NCBI GenBank assembly: GCA_041640655.1
Contig: JBEPZV010000032.1
Span: 1 to 28,202 of the forward strand
DNA length: 28,202 bases
Direction of reading: 5' to 3'
From: a bacterium
GTDB taxonomy: Bacteria; Acidobacteriota; Blastocatellia; HR10
Within the stretch, counting starts at the first letter, position 1, and each line of letters opens with the position of its first letter. The notes under the pieces were generated by a model. That model saw only the letters and a list, made by a program, of their open reading frames with translations, was not told the DNA's origin and did no database searches. Below are positions 26,684 through 28,202 of the stretch, one piece after another. The position numbers and the translations under genes are program-made.

Positions 26684-27711
26684 CCATGCTCACGCGCGTG
26701 AACCAAGTCGTCATGCCACGGGCGCGCCGGACGCGAGGACGCGGCGCGCGCCGGATGCGATTCGCTGGTGATCTCGGGCGCGAACCCGAGCGAACGGCGC
26801 GCGCGGCGAACCTGCGGCTGCGCGAACGCCTGCGGGTCGTCCCTCGCGCGCTCCTGCTGCTTGCCGGACTGGGTGCCTGTGGCTTCGCCGCTCAGGCGTT
26901 CATGAACGCCTCGGCGTTCCACGTGAAGACCGTTCGGATCACGGGCGTGGAGCGCGTCACGACCCGAGAGATCGAGGCGATCATCCGCCGCGCGACAGCA
27001 GAGGGAGTGCTGCGCGCCGACCTGCGCGCGCTCCGTGCCGAGTTGCGGCAGCATCCCCTCATCAAAGATGTGGAGATCACGCGCGTCTTACCCGATGAGC
27101 TGCGCGTGCACGTGCACGAGCGCGCGCCCGTCGCCCTCGTGCAAAAGAAGGGGGCGCTCGTGTGCGTGGACGAGGAGGGCGTCATCATCGGCGATTTCCA
27201 TCTGCTCGGGTCGCGGACGCTCCCGCTGCTGGTCGGCTGGAACGAGGAGGAGTCGGATCTGGCGGTGGCCGAGAATCAGCAGCGCGTGGCGCTCTACCTC
27301 CAGCTCCAGAAGGAGCTGAGCGCGCCCATGCCGAGCTATTGGGACCGTGTGGACCAGGTGAACATTCGCGACTTGAAGAACGTCACGGTGAACCTCACCG
27401 AGAGCCCCATGACGTGGATTCATCTGGGCGATCGGGATTTCCGGCGGCGCTTCGAGCTGAGCCTGCAGATTCTGAGCGCGGTGAAGAAGCAAGACGCGGC
27501 AGAACTGCGGCGCTTGGGCGTCGCGCCGACGGCGGAACTGCTGCAGGAGGATGCGACGATCAGCTACATTGACGTCTCGCAACCCGCGCGCGTCGTGGTC
27601 CGACTCCCCGAGCCGCGACGCGCCTCGGCGCCCGCGCGACCGCGCGAGGCGAGACCCCTTCAGATGCGAACGCGCGCACGAGCGACATCTCAACCGACAC
27701 GAGCGAGGTGA
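26680..27711 (+). CDS. ftsQ: Cell division protein FtsQ/DivIB
   Basis: Single TM, POTRA-like region ([20 protein letters not shown]), YIDV; located between murC and ftsA. Confidence 0.9.
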   Translation: MTMLTRVNQVVMPRARRTRGRGARRMRFAGDLGREPERTARAANLRLRERLRVVPRALLLLAGLGACGFAAQAFMNASAFHVKTVRITGVERVTTREIEAIIRRATAEGVLRADLRALRAELRQHPLIKDVEITRVLPDELRVHVHERAPVALVQKKGALVCVDEEGVIIGDFHLLGSRTLPLLVGWNEEESDLAVAENQQRVALYLQLQKELSAPMPSYWDRVDQVNIRDLKNVTVNLTESPMTWIHLGDRDFRRRFELSLQILSAVKKQDAAELRRLGVAPTAELLQEDATISYIDVSQPARVVVRLPEPRRASAPARPREARPLQMRTRARATSQPTRAR

Positions 27712-27714
27712 CCT

Positions 27715-28202
27715 ATGGCCAGACAGGAGACGCACGTCGTTGGACTCGACATCGGCACCACGCGGACGACGGCCGTCATCGCCGAAGTCAACGATGACGG
27801 TCGGCTGGAGATCATGGGGGTGGGAACGGCGGAATCCCGAGGCCTGCGCAAAGGCGTCATCGTGAACCCGGATGCGGCGGCTGAACCGATTCGGCGCGCC
27901 GTGGAAGAGGCCGAACGCATGTCGGGGCTCATCGCCGAATCGGTGCACGTGAGCATGTCGGGGACACTGTTGCGCGGGCTCAACAATCGCGGGATCATCG
28001 CCATCACGAGCGCAGATCGGCGGATCACGCGCGCCGACATCAAGCGCGTGATCGAGACGGCCTGCGTCGTCACCCTCCCGGGCGGACACGAGATCATTGA
28101 CGTCCAGCCGCAGGAGTACATCATTGACGGGCAGGACGGCATCAGCGATCCCCTCGACATGCTCGGCACGCGCCTGGAGGTGGCCGTGCACATCATCACC
28201 GG
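27715..28202 (+). CDS. ftsA: Cell division protein FtsA (partial, runs off the window)
   Basis: Not in the ORF track. ATG 27715 after GAGGTG; MARQETHVVGLDIGTTRT...SRGLRKGVIVN...AVEEAERMSG...QEYIIDGQDGISDP. Confidence 0.96.
   Translation, partial: MARQETHVVGLDIGTTRTTAVIAEVNDDGRLEIMGVGTAESRGLRKGVIVNPDAAAEPIRRAVEEAERMSGLIAESVHVSMSGTLLRGLNNRGIIAITSADRRITRADIKRVIETACVVTLPGGHEIIDVQPQEYIIDGQDGISDPLDMLGTRLEVAVHIIT

Noticed and set aside
99..28199. Many long antisense or off-frame ORFs (e.g. 1842-3053, 5066-6268, 5703-7016, 8292-9542, 15222-16664, 27088-28191)
   Set aside because: Shadow ORFs typical of high-GC coding DNA; they overlap well-supported genes and lack motifs.

Overview
High-GC bacterial chromosomal window, probably Acidobacteriota (inferred from an acidobacterial-type VWA protein; not verified by search). 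Left arm, minus strand: MBL-fold hydrolase, acyl-CoA dehydrogenase, tilS and the 5' end of ftsH. Next come two plus-strand hypothetical genes and an orphan sensor kinase. Right arm, 13.2-28.2 kb: the dcw cluster mraZ-rsmH-ftsL-ftsI-murE-murF-mraY-murD-ftsW-murG-murC-ftsQ-ftsA(partial), with a consensus promoter and MraZ boxes. Between them (about 7.05-13.0 kb) is an accessory region with three minus-strand two-gene modules and a membrane metallophosphoesterase. Its most striking features: (i) two modules are preceded by the same element TT(GACA)nG-TAYAAT, i.e. consensus -35 and -10 hexamers whose spacer is a tetranucleotide repeat (5 and 9 bp; n=5 would give exactly 17 bp), each with a ~110-nt hairpin just upstream; (ii) two apparently paralogous ~102-aa secreted proteins with a conserved Cys pair, each heading a module; (iii) a 7-Cys exported mini-protein. 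No rRNA, tRNA, CRISPR array, transposase or integrase was recognised.
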